Notes: generated by a model not told the origin, from the sequence alone. Counted from the stretch's first letter, positions 1-11,511 are shown. The stretch: 64,000 nt of DNA from Nitrosopumilus sp. (GCA_965218785.1 OZ244650.1:1568001-1632000), one strand, 5' to 3'. Program-made: numbers and translations.

Positions 1-1534
1 TATCGTCATTCGGCAAAAGGCCGGAATGGATTTGGAGATCGGGGATTTGATGGTTTGTGAAGAGAACGGTTCATTTTTGATTTTACAGGTCTTTGCATTA
101 CAGTATGGTTCGCAGATACAAGACAAGATGCAGCAGATGATGTCGGGGGTTAATTTAGAACAGGGAGTAGTTGATGCCCATTTTTATGAGCCTGATTTTG
201 TAAATTATGTCCTGGCTCGAATAAAACCATTGGCTCGGGTGCATAAGGAAAGCAATGAGGTTAAAATTCCAAAATCATTACCGTCATTTTTTAATAAATT
301 GCGATTAATTGACAAGGATGATTTGAAATTCCTGCAAAAGGAAAATGACTCGATATTTGTTGGACATATACGAAGTGGAAGTAAAGTAATTACGGAAGCT
401 GAAGTTTGGCTGCCAGCAGAGGATGTATTTTCCCATCATGTGTTGATTCCTGCAACAACGGGTCGTGGAAAATCAAATTTAGTTAAAACAATTCTTTGGC
501 ATATTTTAGATACAAACAAAGTTGGTGCGCTGGTGCTAGATGCACACGACGAATACTTTGGAAGAACAGGTGTTGGACTAAAAGATCATCCAAAATCAAA
601 AGATAACATGGTGTATTACACACCATCAGATCCTCCGGTTGGTGCCAATAGATTGACAATTAACTTGCAAACAATCAGGCCTGAACACTTTGAAGGAATT
701 GTAGATTTTTCAGATCCGCAATTCCAGGCAATTAGAATGGCTCACAGACAACATAGAAATAATTGGATTCAGGAATTGATGAGAGTCAACGTAACACCAA
801 TTGAGATGGGGGCAGACAACAGAAGGCAGGGAGACTTTGCAGTAGGTACAATGATGGTAGTTCAAAGGAAATTACGCCTGATTTTGAGCCTGGAAGTGGA
901 TGAGGAGCAGGTAATTGTCTCAAGACACGAAGTTTTTGAATCTACAACAAGAGGAATCACCACAGTAGATGACATTGTAAGGGATATCGAGCAGGGTAAA
1001 GTTGTGGTTTTGGATACTTCAAGATTAGGAGATGAGGCAGAATTACTAGTTGGAAATATCATTGCATCAAAATTATTACAAAAATACAAGGATGCAAAAG
1101 CTACAGGAGAACTAGAAAGAAAACCGGTGGCCACCATAGTCATTGAGGAAGCCCCTCGTGTCATTGGAGAGGATGTTTTAACATCAAGAAACGATAATAT
1201 CTATTCTACGATAGCTAAGGAAGGACGCAAATTCAAAGTAGGATTAACTGCAATTACACAGTTGAGCAGTGTCATTCCAAAAACCATTCTTGCCAACATG
1301 AATACAAAGATAATTTTAGGAAACGAGATGAAACAAGAGAGGGATGCAATCATTGCCTCAGCATCACAGGATTTATCTGAAGATGACAAAAACATTGCAA
1401 GTTTAGACAAGGGTGAGGCAATCATTACCAGCATCTTTGTGCCCTTTGCAATGCCAATCAAGATTCCATTGTTTGAAGATATAGTAAAAAACAGAGGCAC
1501 GGTAGCTGCCACAGGTAAAACAAGGGTGTTTTAA
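1..1534 (+). CDS. herA: HerA bipolar DNA helicase/ATPase (5' partial; frame stays open upstream of the ATG at 26)
   Basis: Walker A variant [15 protein letters not shown], Walker B IVIEEA, KEGRKF and ITQ motifs; directly upstream of mre11-rad50. Confidence 0.9.
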   Translation, partial: IVIRQKAGMDLEIGDLMVCEENGSFLILQVFALQYGSQIQDKMQQMMSGVNLEQGVVDAHFYEPDFVNYVLARIKPLARVHKESNEVKIPKSLPSFFNKLRLIDKDDLKFLQKENDSIFVGHIRSGSKVITEAEVWLPAEDVFSHHVLIPATTGRGKSNLVKTILWHILDTNKVGALVLDAHDEYFGRTGVGLKDHPKSKDNMVYYTPSDPPVGANRLTINLQTIRPEHFEGIVDFSDPQFQAIRMAHRQHRNNWIQELMRVNVTPIEMGADNRRQGDFAVGTMMVVQRKLRLILSLEVDEEQVIVSRHEVFESTTRGITTVDDIVRDIEQGKVVVLDTSRLGDEAELLVGNIIASKLLQKYKDAKATGELERKPVATIVIEEAPRVIGEDVLTSRNDNIYSTIAKEGRKFKVGLTAITQLSSVIPKTILANMNTKIILGNEMKQERDAIIASASQDLSEDDKNIASLDKGEAIITSIFVPFAMPIKIPLFEDIVKNRGTVAATGKTRVF

Positions 1535-2791
1535 TTGTTATTTGCGCATTTGTCGGATATTCATCTAGGTTTTCAAAAATATGAATCATTACAAAAGATA
1601 GAGCAGCAGGTATTTGAGAAAGCGATGGATGAATGTATTTTGAGAAAAGTTGATTTTATTTTAATTCCGGGGGATTTGTTTCATGTAAATATTCCAGAGA
1701 TGAGGGTTCAAAAATTTGCATTTGCAAAGTTTCGTCAAATTCATGATGCGGGAATTCCAATTTATGTGGTTTATGGGAGCCATGATTTTTCTCCAGTGTC
1801 CAATTCTGTAATTGATTTGCTAGCTGAAGTTGGATACATCACCAAGGTAACCAAGGCAACAAGTAATGATAACAATACAATCTCTTTGGATTTCCTAGTC
1901 GATGAGAAAACGGGTGCTAAAATTGCCGGGTTGTCTGGACTCAAAGTTGGAAAGGACAGGGAATGGTATGAGAAACTAGATAGAAGCAGTTTAGAGTCAG
2001 AATCCGGCTTTAAGATATTCCTATTTCATGGCGGAGTCTCTGAAATGAAGATAGATTCAGGCATGGATGGGGATCATATGCCGCTTTCCTTGCTACCTAA
2101 GGGATTCTCATACTATGCAGGAGGACACATGCACAAATTCAATCACCAGACATTTGATGGGTATTCCAATGTTGTATACTCTGGAACTCCATTTGCAGGG
2201 TATCACATAGATTTGGAGGATAATGCAAATGGACAAAAACGGGGATTTGTACTAGTAGAGTTTGATGACGTGGTAAAGTCAGTCGAATTTATAGAGATGG
2301 AAAACACATCATATGAAATCATTGAAGTTAATGCAGATAACAGAAAAGCTGATTCCATCAATCAGGAATTGATAGAGAAGATCAGGGATATTGATCCTGC
2401 AAACAAGGTCGTGATAGTCAAAGTCAAGGGAGAACTGACATCAGGTAAAACTGCGGATGTGAATATTTCTGCAGTCAGGGATAACCTAAATGAGCGCAAT
2501 GCAATGGCAGTCAATGTAAGTAAGAACGGATTAACATCAAAAGAATATTCAATTACAGAAGCAAAGGGTGCAAACAAAGAAGAGATTGAAACTAATGTGT
2601 TTTCTGAAAACATCGGACAGCTGCGTTTTGATCACTCGGAGTTATTGGGGGATGAGGGAATCAAACTGGCAAAAAAATTACTGCGGGAATTAGGTCAGCC
2701 CATTTTAGTTAATGAAAAGAAAAACGAATACATTCCAAGAATCAGAGATAACGCTTTGGCAATTTTAAGGTTAGATAAGGATGATTCTTGA
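1535..2791 (+). CDS. mre11: Mre11 DNA double-strand break repair nuclease
   Basis: Metallophosphoesterase motifs SDIHLG, GDLFH, GSHD, GGHMH; overlaps rad50. Confidence 0.92.
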   Translation: MLFAHLSDIHLGFQKYESLQKIEQQVFEKAMDECILRKVDFILIPGDLFHVNIPEMRVQKFAFAKFRQIHDAGIPIYVVYGSHDFSPVSNSVIDLLAEVGYITKVTKATSNDNNTISLDFLVDEKTGAKIAGLSGLKVGKDREWYEKLDRSSLESESGFKIFLFHGGVSEMKIDSGMDGDHMPLSLLPKGFSYYAGGHMHKFNHQTFDGYSNVVYSGTPFAGYHIDLEDNANGQKRGFVLVEFDDVVKSVEFIEMENTSYEIIEVNADNRKADSINQELIEKIRDIDPANKVVIVKVKGELTSGKTADVNISAVRDNLNERNAMAVNVSKNGLTSKEYSITEAKGANKEEIETNVFSENIGQLRFDHSELLGDEGIKLAKKLLRELGQPILVNEKKNEYIPRIRDNALAILRLDKDDS

Positions 2792-5201
2792 TAGCATCAT
2801 AGTTGAAAATATTCGAAGCTATGAGCATGAAGAAGTAATCTTTCCCATGGGAATCTCTTTGTTTGAAGGCGATATCGGTTCAGGCAAATCAAGCATACTC
2901 ATGGCAATCGAATTTGCACTGTTTGGACTGGGATCTCAAAAGGCAGAAAGTTTGTTGGCAAAAAAATCAGAGACAGGTTTTGTTATTTTAGAATTTTCAG
3001 TAGGTGATAAGAAATATGAAATCAAACGTACTTTGAAAAGAAGGAATTCAGGTGTCAGTCAGGATCCTAAAAATTCCTGGATAAAGATTGATGACGAGAC
3101 CTTGCTGCTATCACCCTCAGAACTAAAGCAGCAGGTTTTGCAGATTCTCAAATTTAACGAGCCAGCAGACCCAAAAGCTGAAAGCAGGATATTCAGATAT
3201 GCCATATTTACGCCTCAGGATGCCATGAAGGAGGTGCTTTTTGACCCTGTAAGGCGTCTTGAAACCATTCGTAAAGCATTTGGGATTGAGGATTACAGCA
3301 TTGCAAATTCAAACGCACATGAAGTACTCTCTGAAATCAGACAAAAAGTAAGAATCTTTCAGGAGAGATTCATCAACATTTCAGAATTAGAGTCTGAAAT
3401 CAAAGAATCAAAAGCGATGATTTCAGAAACGACCAAGGAAATATCTCAAACCAAGGGGCAGATCACAGCATTACAAAAAGAAGAAGGGCAAAAAAACAGG
3501 CAACTAAAAGATTTGCAGACAAGAAATAACGAGAGAGTCAGACTGGAATCAAATCAGGGAAATATTTCAGAGAAGATAAAAACATCAAATCAAGATATTG
3601 AAAAAATAAAGAAGGATGTCATTCAATTGGAAGAAGAATTGAGGGAAGATGATAAAAAAGTTGAAAAGATGTTAGAGATAAAAAACCCCGGAACAGCTAA
3701 AGGCATTCCAGATATAACATCGGAAATTAAAAAAATTCAGGAAATTAACAATAAAAAGATAGGAATCGATACGGAAAAAAGGACAGTCACCGATGAACTT
3801 GCCAGATTAAAGACGACGTTAGGTGAAAAGATAAATTCAGACAAGTCAAGTTTGGAGAAGGCTTTGCAGGATTTGCAAAAAGAGAAAGAGGCCTTGAAAC
3901 AATCTGCCGATGAGATAAAAAAACAGCAGGATAGGATTAAGACAGAGCAAATTGAAAAAACTACTCAAAAAAGATCACTAGAGCAAGAGATTGCAGAATT
4001 TTTGGCATTAGGAAATACTTGTCCTTCCTGCAAGCAGGAAATAACTAAAGATCATCATCATGCGCTAGTTGGTAAAAAACAAAAACTAGTAGATGATTTG
4101 GAGGTAAAAATAAAGTCAATTACTGACTCGTTTTTTGAATCTAGTTCTGCCTCAAAAGAGATTCAATCAAAATTAGATTCGTATGAGGAGGAAATCTCAA
4201 AGATTGAAAAGACTCTTCCAGAAATTGAAATGTACGCCCAAAAATCCTCAAAATTGGGTCAGATTGAGGCTAATTTTGAAGAAATTTTACTTCAATTCCC
4301 CAAAGAATATGGTAATAATCCAATTGAGCATCTGACTGAATTAAAAGACAGTATAACAGCATATGGGAATTCGCAGATGCAGATACGGCAAATAACTCAT
4401 AGCATGCAGAAAATTCAAGAAAAAATGAAATCAGAACAAACAAGAAAAGAGATCCTACAAGATCACATTAAAGAAAAAGAATCCCAATTGAGAGGAATTA
4501 AAACCGCATTAGGAGAGTTTGGTGCATTAGATGAAAAAACAGCGGCAATAGAAAATGAATTGATAGGAATCAGAAAACAAATCACAAAAATATTTGCAAT
4601 TACGGCAAGATCTGAAGAAAAATTAAACAATGAACAAAATAGAATTGCACAAAATGAACAAAAAATGTCTGAAGCAAAAAAATGGAAGGCAAAACACAAA
4701 AAGTTTGTCCAATTTCAAGAATGGTTGGAATTATTTTTCATTCCAACTGTATCTCAGATTGAAAAGCAGGTATTATTGTCAATTTTACAGAATTTCAATG
4801 AGACATACACAAAGTGGTATTCAATTCTTGTTGAGGATCCTACCAAAGAATCTCGAATTGACGAGGACTTTACACCGGTTGTCAATCAGGATGGATATGA
4901 GCAGGAGATTGGATTTTTGTCAGGAGGTGAAAAGACAAGTATTGCACTAGCCTACAGATTGACTTTAAATTCTCTAATGAAAAAAGAGACAAAAGATATG
5001 AAATCTAATTTATTAATTTTAGATGAACCAACTGACGGGTTTTCTAAAAATCAATTAGGTAAAATTCGAGAATTGTTAGATGAGTTAAAATCCGAGCAGG
5101 TCGTGCTTGTTTCACATGAGAAAGAGCTTGAAACGTATGTAGATAATATTTTCCAGATTTCAAAGGAAAACGGATTGTCTAAAATTTCTAAAATGAACTA
5201 G
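2781..5201 (+). CDS. rad50: Rad50 SMC-like ATPase
   Basis: Walker A GDIGSGKSS, long coiled coil with central CPSC zinc hook, LSGGE signature, LDEPT Walker B. Confidence 0.93.
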   Translation: MILDSIIVENIRSYEHEEVIFPMGISLFEGDIGSGKSSILMAIEFALFGLGSQKAESLLAKKSETGFVILEFSVGDKKYEIKRTLKRRNSGVSQDPKNSWIKIDDETLLLSPSELKQQVLQILKFNEPADPKAESRIFRYAIFTPQDAMKEVLFDPVRRLETIRKAFGIEDYSIANSNAHEVLSEIRQKVRIFQERFINISELESEIKESKAMISETTKEISQTKGQITALQKEEGQKNRQLKDLQTRNNERVRLESNQGNISEKIKTSNQDIEKIKKDVIQLEEELREDDKKVEKMLEIKNPGTAKGIPDITSEIKKIQEINNKKIGIDTEKRTVTDELARLKTTLGEKINSDKSSLEKALQDLQKEKEALKQSADEIKKQQDRIKTEQIEKTTQKRSLEQEIAEFLALGNTCPSCKQEITKDHHHALVGKKQKLVDDLEVKIKSITDSFFESSSASKEIQSKLDSYEEEISKIEKTLPEIEMYAQKSSKLGQIEANFEEILLQFPKEYGNNPIEHLTELKDSITAYGNSQMQIRQITHSMQKIQEKMKSEQTRKEILQDHIKEKESQLRGIKTALGEFGALDEKTAAIENELIGIRKQITKIFAITARSEEKLNNEQNRIAQNEQKMSEAKKWKAKHKKFVQFQEWLELFFIPTVSQIEKQVLLSILQNFNETYTKWYSILVEDPTKESRIDEDFTPVVNQDGYEQEIGFLSGGEKTSIALAYRLTLNSLMKKETKDMKSNLLILDEPTDGFSKNQLGKIRELLDELKSEQVVLVSHEKELETYVDNIFQISKENGLSKISKMN

Positions 5202-5464
5202 TCAATCAGCCATTTGTTTTGAAATAAATCAAGTCGGTGCTGTTTTTGTTTCCATGATATCATTAGAATTTCTAATTTCCGTAACTAAAAAAAAATCCCA
5301 TAAAAGATTGTGTGTATTCGTGTGATGGCCATATCTGACATATTCTTGCCGAATCCCAGCAGGAGGGCATCTTTGGTGGATAATTGCAGAGGTTTTAGTA
5401 GTCATGCAACAAAACATCAGTATCAGTTTGAGACTTTTATAATGTGATGATATGAAAAAGGAAG

Positions 5465-6121
5465 ATGAAAGCCAGAAATGCAGTTTTACCGATAATTTTG
5501 GCAGTAGGTTTTGCATTTTTACCGCTGGCATATGCAGTGCCATCAGTTACCATCGTAATGGAAAAAACAACATACAGTTACTGTGAAAAACTATTCTATA
5601 CAATTAACGTCTCTGAGATCACGGGGGATTCTGCAATCATTCACATTATAGATGAAACAGGCAAAAAAAGCAGTGCGATTCCAATTCCAATTACAGACTT
5701 GCAAAATCCGGTTCCATCATTGCATGCATTTGAAAAGGAGGTATTTCCGATAGGAAAATATTTCATAGATGTCCAGTATTCGGGTGCTCAATTTACAGCA
5801 GAGTTTGATTTGATTGATTCAAATAATATTTGTGCTCCAGGACTGATCAAGCAGTTTTTGATAGAATGGCTTGAGGATAAAATCTCAGACGGATACCTGA
5901 TAGATGCATTTCAGAAATATGTTGATGCAGAATTAATCAACATACCTTTTGAAATTAATAATGAAAATATTCATGAAATAGACATGCCGGATTGGGTAAA
6001 AACCGTAGGATACTGGTGGGTTCAGGAGGTGATTTCAGATAAAGAATTTGCACAAATAATAAACCATCTTATCGATGAAAATATTATTTCAGAATCTACA
6101 GAGAATGGGAACGAAATATGA
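5465..6121 (+). CDS. Secreted protein with thaumarchaeal C-terminal 'PDWVK...WW...ISD.EF' domain
   Basis: N-terminal signal peptide; C-terminal MPDWVKTVGYWWVQEVISDKEF motif typical of Nitrosopumilus surface proteins. Confidence 0.7.
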   Translation: MKARNAVLPIILAVGFAFLPLAYAVPSVTIVMEKTTYSYCEKLFYTINVSEITGDSAIIHIIDETGKKSSAIPIPITDLQNPVPSLHAFEKEVFPIGKYFIDVQYSGAQFTAEFDLIDSNNICAPGLIKQFLIEWLEDKISDGYLIDAFQKYVDAELINIPFEINNENIHEIDMPDWVKTVGYWWVQEVISDKEFAQIINHLIDENIISESTENGNEI

Positions 6122-6636
6122 ACAAATATTCAGTTATCACAATAGTGGCAGCGGTAATTATCATCATTCCATTTGCTCATTCAGGATTAAGCATTCTCGG
6201 AGCACAGCAATTAGAATACAGATGGCATCAACCTGGAGAATTCAGCTTTTTTACAATGTCAAATCATGGGGAGATCGAACTTTGTAACACAATGCCGTTT
6301 TGGACCAGTCTGCAAAAGTTTGAAATAGCAACATTCTATGATTCTAGGTATCTGGGTTCGTTTGTAGTAGATGAACCAGTAACAATCAATCCAGTCTCAT
6401 CAGCAGTACAAAAAGGAATTTTTTCAAGTAAAGATATTTCTGAGGTCCAGCATATCTTTATGACGTTGGATTTTGAGTTTAATGGAGGAAGCATTAGGCT
6501 TGATCCTAACAAGTTTATTGTTGTAATGGAGGCAAACACACCCATAATAGGAATAATTCCATACACCACTATTAATCAAATTTCAGGATTTGATTTTGAT
6601 AAAACAATGAATGCCGGGGACTTGACTTGTGATTAA
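6118..6636 (+). CDS. Membrane-anchored hypothetical protein
   Basis: 172-aa ORF with N-terminal hydrophobic helix; ATGA overlap with upstream gene. Confidence 0.65.
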   Translation: MNKYSVITIVAAVIIIIPFAHSGLSILGAQQLEYRWHQPGEFSFFTMSNHGEIELCNTMPFWTSLQKFEIATFYDSRYLGSFVVDEPVTINPVSSAVQKGIFSSKDISEVQHIFMTLDFEFNGGSIRLDPNKFIVVMEANTPIIGIIPYTTINQISGFDFDKTMNAGDLTCD

Positions 6637-6639
6637 GGT

Positions 6640-7530
6640 TTAGCTCTTACTGGCTTTTGCTACTAGTCCCAAAATAATTCCAACAATACCTGCAATTACA
6701 AATGCTGCAACAAATCCCATACCCAATCCTATGCCTACTCCTTTAGCAGAAGAACTTCCAGATGATTGTGATGTTGAATCAAGAACACATTTCCCGTCCT
6801 TGAGAATGGTTCCATCACCGCATCTTTTATCCAATACGCATTTCCCGTCCTCGAGAATGGTTCCATCACCGCATCTTTTATCCAATACGCATTTCCCGTC
6901 CTCGAGAATGGTTCCAGAATCACATATGATGTCTGGTTTCTTCTCAACAGGTACTTCTGAGGTTTTCTCTGGTGGTTCTGGGATCTCAACTGGTGGTTCT
7001 GGGATCTCAACTGGTGGTTCTGGGATCTCAACTGGTGGTTCTTCAACGGAAGATCCACCGAATGTGGAACCAAAAATTTCTATTTCTTCAGTACCTATAG
7101 GTAATTCAATACTCAAAGTTCGACTCTGGGAAGTGGTATCAGTCTCTGTAAAATTTGGTTCATCAGCATCTACTAGGACAATGAAATCATCATCTAATCC
7201 TCTATCGATTGAATCAAAGAAGGATCTCTCAAATGTAATATCTAACGTTCCAGTTGAATCAGGGACATCAACAGCAATTGTCAATGAGATAAAGTCCAAG
7301 TCAGATACAATACTAGATACTGTCAGTTCCGTTTCAGTGTATTCTACATCATACGAAGTCCCATCAACTTCTACTGACATGGTCTCAGCGTATACCAATG
7401 CAAAAGAGATTATTGTAAATAGTATCAATCCAAGTGAGATTTTCAATAGGGAATTAACATCAGGAGAATGTTTCAGTGTCTCAGACCGTAGTTTGCCCAC
7501 ATCGGTGTTAGTCATACAATATGAAATCAT
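6640..7530 (-). CDS. Acidic surface protein with Pro/Glu linker, Cys-pair repeats and C-terminal TM anchor (true start probably downstream of 7530)
   Basis: Signal-like segment, EPPVEIP repeats, CGDGTILEDGKC repeats, C-terminal hydrophobic helix. Confidence 0.75.
   Translation of the reverse strand: MISYCMTNTDVGKLRSETLKHSPDVNSLLKISLGLILFTIISFALVYAETMSVEVDGTSYDVEYTETELTVSSIVSDLDFISLTIAVDVPDSTGTLDITFERSFFDSIDRGLDDDFIVLVDADEPNFTETDTTSQSRTLSIELPIGTEEIEIFGSTFGGSSVEEPPVEIPEPPVEIPEPPVEIPEPPEKTSEVPVEKKPDIICDSGTILEDGKCVLDKRCGDGTILEDGKCVLDKRCGDGTILKDGKCVLDSTSQSSGSSSAKGVGIGLGMGFVAAFVIAGIVGIILGLVAKASKS
6788..6915. repeat. 51-bp coding tandem repeat (~2.5 units, CGDGTILEDGKCVLDKR)
   Basis: CATTTCCCGTCCT(C/T)GAGAATGGTTCCA recurs at 6788, 6839 and 6890. 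Confidence 0.9.
6969..7042. repeat. 21-bp coding tandem repeat (~3.5 units, EPPVEIP)
   Basis: CTGGTGGTTCTGGGATCTCAA three times plus a partial unit. Confidence 0.9.
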
Positions 7531-7625
7531 CTAAGGGGAGGTTAAAAATGAAGAGGCGATAATAAATCACGTACAAGTCAAGCTTTTTTACTTATTTTTA
7601 ATTTGTGCGTAAATTATGTGTGGGT

Positions 7626-8558
7626 TCAGATGACGCCTCTAAGTATCTGAATAATCTTCTCAGCAATTACGTTTGCAGCCAGTGATTGGGCCTCTTTGGT
7701 TTGAGCACCAATATGAGGCGTTAGGATTACATTATCTAGCTCGGCTAATTTATTTCCAATCGCAGGTTCTTTTTCAAACACATCCAAAGCCGCACCACCC
7801 AAAGTGCCATTTTTTAGGGCATCATATAATGCGTCTTCATCGACGACTCCTCCCCTAGAAGTGTTGATAATTTTTGCAGTGTTCTTCATAGTGGAGATTT
7901 TTTGGGCATCTAAAAGATGATACGTCGAATCCAGCAATGGAACGTGTATTGAAACGTAATCAGAACTTTGCAAAAGTGTGTTCAAGTCTGCTTTCATCAA
8001 GCCGACTTCTTTAGAAAATTCCTCATCAATAGGAACCACATCATATCCAATAATGTTCATGTTAAGTGCATGTGCAAGTCTCCCCAGTTTTTTTCCAATA
8101 TTTCCCAAGCCGATAATTCCAAGATATTTTCCCCTAAGCTCTGTTCCTTTCAGTTCTTTTTTGAGCCATTGTTGATTTCTCAGGGCCCTGTCGCCCCTAG
8201 CAGTCTGTCTTGCCAAAGACAACATCAGTCCTAAAACCAATTCGGCTACTGCATTCATTGCACCCTCTACGGCGTTAATGACACGAATATTTTTTGTCTT
8301 GGCTGCTTGTTGATCGATGTTATCAAGTCCGACTCCGACACGTGCAATTATCTTACAATTTTCTGCCTTGTCAATCATCTCCTTGGTAATACTAGTCCTG
8401 CTCCTTACAATCACGATGTTAAAACCGGGGATTTTTTCCAAGATTTGTTCTGGAGTGATCGCCGGTTCATAAGAAACTTTCAGGCCATTATCTTTTAAAA
8501 TTTTGTTTAGTATTGGATCTACTTCATCACAGATCAAGACTGATTCATCAAAACTCAT
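7626..8558 (-). CDS. serA: D-isomer 2-hydroxyacid dehydrogenase (D-3-phosphoglycerate dehydrogenase-like)
   Basis: RVGVGLDNID, GLGNIG Rossmann motif, NTSRG, DVFEKEP, TPHIGA. Confidence 0.75.
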   Translation of the reverse strand: MSFDESVLICDEVDPILNKILKDNGLKVSYEPAITPEQILEKIPGFNIVIVRSRTSITKEMIDKAENCKIIARVGVGLDNIDQQAAKTKNIRVINAVEGAMNAVAELVLGLMLSLARQTARGDRALRNQQWLKKELKGTELRGKYLGIIGLGNIGKKLGRLAHALNMNIIGYDVVPIDEEFSKEVGLMKADLNTLLQSSDYVSIHVPLLDSTYHLLDAQKISTMKNTAKIINTSRGGVVDEDALYDALKNGTLGGAALDVFEKEPAIGNKLAELDNVILTPHIGAQTKEAQSLAANVIAEKIIQILRGVI

Positions 8559-8623
8559 AATACCTTAAAACAACATGCGGAATATAATTCATTAAGATAA
8601 TAAAAAGAAAAAAGATGTTAAGA

Positions 8624-10036
8624 TCAAGAAGTTAAGGCATCTGCAACAATAGGAATTATTTCCCATAATGCGAGATAATCGCCACTTGCTTGCATTTCAG
8701 AAGCTACTTCATCAGTGTACAAACCGTGAATGTTTATGGCAGGATGGGCAATACTGTTCAATCCCATTGGTGGGACAGCATCACTTGGATTGCCTAAAGC
8801 GTATGCATAAGATGCTACGGGTGCGGGGATAACTCCTTTCTCAACTAGAACTGGGTTCAAGCCGAATGGGTCACCTGCTACAAATACTGTAGCTGCACCA
8901 GTGTAAATTGCTGCATAATCATGGTTTACCGCTGCATATGCACCTGGTTCATCAAAGACCAAGTCAACAATCATGTTCTGTGAACCGCCAAGCAACCATG
9001 TTTCAGTTGCTGCGGATTGTACTCTGTTACCTTGTGTAACTCTATCCAAAATTTCCCCAACAATGTGGAAGAATACTGGTTCGTTACCCTGGTTTTCAAT
9101 AAAGAGTCTCACGTGTTGATCATTTTCAACAAACAGGAGTTGTGATTGGTATTGCTTGTGTTCAAGTCCATTCCATGGTTGTGCAACAAAGATGTTCTTG
9201 TTTACATCGCCATTGACAAGCAGGTTATGAGCCATGTTTGGAACATAACCAAATTGCATTCCGTTGACAACTGTTGCAGTGTTGTGATGTTTGAACATTG
9301 CTCCTGCATCATAGTTGCCTTCAGGTGTAAGATACAATTGATTGTACTGGAGTTGGAACTCTAGTGCGTCTGCATCATAGAACTTTCTGTCTAACTCACC
9401 GCTACCGCTTGTTTTTTCCACCATTAGTCTCTTGTATCCGTTTGCAGGATCAACGATTGCAATTCCGTACATGCCGGAAAATACGTGTTGATCCATTCCA
9501 ACCAAGTGGACACCAGAACAATGGTATTTGAAAACACCGGCTGCTTCAGCGATGTAACAATACTGACTTGTTTCGCCAGGATTGACAGACTCAAAAGCGC
9601 TTGAAGAGATTTGTGATGAGTGCATGTCGTTACCGTGACCGGTAACTTCATGAGCTGGAATTGAAAGCGTCATTTTTACGACATCGCCTTGTGTGACTCT
9701 AAGTGTTGGTCCTGGGACTTGTCCACTAAAGGTCATGGCATTGTATGTCTTTCCTCCCATGATTGGAAGTTCAACGCTTTCACCAGTTAGATCAAACTCG
9801 ACGACAGTGCGTCCGGATGATTCTAATGCACCGCAATCAGTATCTGCAAATGCTTGAGGCATTACAAGCTGTAAACCACCCATTTGATGGATTTGTTCAA
9901 GCACGTCAACATCCAATTTGGATGTATCAAGTGATTGTCCAGCAATCTGGGTTTGTGTGTATGTGCTTCCGAATAAGGTTGCGCCCATTACAGCTACGGC
10001 TGTAATTGTAAAGAGCATACTAATACGCTTATTCAT
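8624..10036 (-). CDS. nirK: Copper-containing nitrite reductase (thaumarchaeal NirK, multicopper oxidase)
   Basis: Signal peptide; PGPTLRV, HGNDMH, YHC...H...GM type-1/type-2 Cu ligands, FHIVG, VNH. Confidence 0.88.
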   Translation of the reverse strand: MNKRISMLFTITAVAVMGATLFGSTYTQTQIAGQSLDTSKLDVDVLEQIHQMGGLQLVMPQAFADTDCGALESSGRTVVEFDLTGESVELPIMGGKTYNAMTFSGQVPGPTLRVTQGDVVKMTLSIPAHEVTGHGNDMHSSQISSSAFESVNPGETSQYCYIAEAAGVFKYHCSGVHLVGMDQHVFSGMYGIAIVDPANGYKRLMVEKTSGSGELDRKFYDADALEFQLQYNQLYLTPEGNYDAGAMFKHHNTATVVNGMQFGYVPNMAHNLLVNGDVNKNIFVAQPWNGLEHKQYQSQLLFVENDQHVRLFIENQGNEPVFFHIVGEILDRVTQGNRVQSAATETWLLGGSQNMIVDLVFDEPGAYAAVNHDYAAIYTGAATVFVAGDPFGLNPVLVEKGVIPAPVASYAYALGNPSDAVPPMGLNSIAHPAINIHGLYTDEVASEMQASGDYLALWEIIPIVADALTS

Positions 10037-10059
10037 TAAGCACCGTGATTTGTGAATCC

Positions 10060-10066
10060 TATATAA
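10060..10066 (-). promoter_or_regulatory. Probable TATA box of nirK (leaderless-type spacing)
   Basis: TTATATA on the minus strand 24-30 nt upstream of the nirK ATG. Confidence 0.5.
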
Positions 10067-10146
10067 TAATTGCCCTTTGGCGTGTTGTAAAATTATGAAG
10101 AGGTCTGAAAAAGAATGAATAATAGAGGATATTGGATTAATTTAGA

Positions 10147-11508
10147 ATGAAATTTCGATTGGATCAAGACTCCCTTGGAAAAGTCAAAATCCCAGCTGAT
10201 GCGTATTATGGGGCATTTACCGGAAGAGCGATCAGGCAGTACAGGGTTACTGGAAACAAAAGCCATGGGAATTTGATCAGGTCGTTTGTAATGATAAAAC
10301 GCTCTGCCGCAGTTGCAAACATGAAGACAAAGGCCATTGATGTAAAACGTGGAAGGGCAATAGTTTCTGCATGTGATAAAATCCTGGCAGGTAAATTCAT
10401 GGAGCAGTTTGTTGTGGATATGATAAACTCGGGTGCGGGAACCGCCTTTAACATGAATACCAATGAAGTCATAGCAAATGTATCACTTGAAATATTGCAC
10501 AAAAAGAAAGGACAGTATCAGTTCCTTCATCCAAATGATCACGTCAACATGTCACAGTCAAGTAATGACACGTATCCAACTGCAATGCATGTTGCAATTT
10601 TGATGAACCTAAAAGAAACAATTCCTGCCATCGATATTTTGATAAAGTCACTATCTAAAAAGGCAAAACAATTTTCATCATTTAAGAAAATCGGCAGAAC
10701 CCATCTAATGGATGCACTGCCGGTAACACTAGGAAGCGAGTTTGCAGCATATGCAACATCAATTAGCATGGCAAGAGATGCACTAGATGCATCACAAAAA
10801 GAATTACAAAATGTTGCATTGGGTGGGACAGCTGTAGGTTCTGGTGCAAACACCCCGAGAGGTTATAGAAGGATTGCAGTTACGGAACTTGCAAAAATTT
10901 CCAAATTACCACTCAAACTTGAAAAAGATATGCAGTATGGTTTACAAAGCAGGTTTGCAGTTGTCAATACGTCAAGTGCTTTACGAAATCTGGCACTAGA
11001 GATTGGGAAGATAGCAAATGATATCAGGCTAATGGCATCAGGTCCAATTGCAGGTCTTGCAGAACTGGGAATTCCTGCAGTACATGCAGGTTCATCCATA
11101 ATGCCCGGGAAGGTAAATCCATCTTTGGCAGAATGCATGAACATGATCTGTTTTAATGTAATTGGAAACGACACAGCTGTTGCTTGTGCGGCGCAAAGTG
11201 GGCAGTTTGAACTCAATGTCATGTTGCCTGGAATGCTGAAATGTATGTTGGAATCAACAGACATGCTCAAAAATTTCTTGCCAGTGTTTTCTGCAAACCT
11301 AATTGACGGGCTTTCTGCAAACAGGGACAAGTTACGCAAAGACATTGAAAACAGTCCGGTAATCGTGACGTTATTGACTCCAAAGATCGGATATCTGAAA
11401 TCTGCCGAGCTCTTCAAAGAATCGTTAAAGACGGGAAAGACCATAAGGGAATTGGTCGTTTCAAAGAAATTATTGAGTAATAAGGAGATTAGTTCCCTAT
11501 TTGGATAA
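10147..11508 (+). CDS. fumC: Class II fumarate hydratase / aspartase family lyase
   Basis: HPNDHVNMSQSSND, GRTHLMDA, GSSIMPGKVNP signature. Confidence 0.8.
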   Translation: MKFRLDQDSLGKVKIPADAYYGAFTGRAIRQYRVTGNKSHGNLIRSFVMIKRSAAVANMKTKAIDVKRGRAIVSACDKILAGKFMEQFVVDMINSGAGTAFNMNTNEVIANVSLEILHKKKGQYQFLHPNDHVNMSQSSNDTYPTAMHVAILMNLKETIPAIDILIKSLSKKAKQFSSFKKIGRTHLMDALPVTLGSEFAAYATSISMARDALDASQKELQNVALGGTAVGSGANTPRGYRRIAVTELAKISKLPLKLEKDMQYGLQSRFAVVNTSSALRNLALEIGKIANDIRLMASGPIAGLAELGIPAVHAGSSIMPGKVNPSLAECMNMICFNVIGNDTAVACAAQSGQFELNVMLPGMLKCMLESTDMLKNFLPVFSANLIDGLSANRDKLRKDIENSPVIVTLLTPKIGYLKSAELFKESLKTGKTIRELVVSKKLLSNKEISSLFG

Positions 11509-11511
11509 ATT

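Noticed and set aside
1-5201. HerA as an anti-phage module (Sir2-HerA or similar)
   Set aside because: Context is the canonical archaeal herA-mre11-rad50 repair operon.
6731-7534. 267-aa plus-strand ORF and similar long antisense ORFs (e.g. 10863-11678, 13830-14252, 56692-57327)
   Set aside because: Shadow frames of well-supported genes on the opposite strand.
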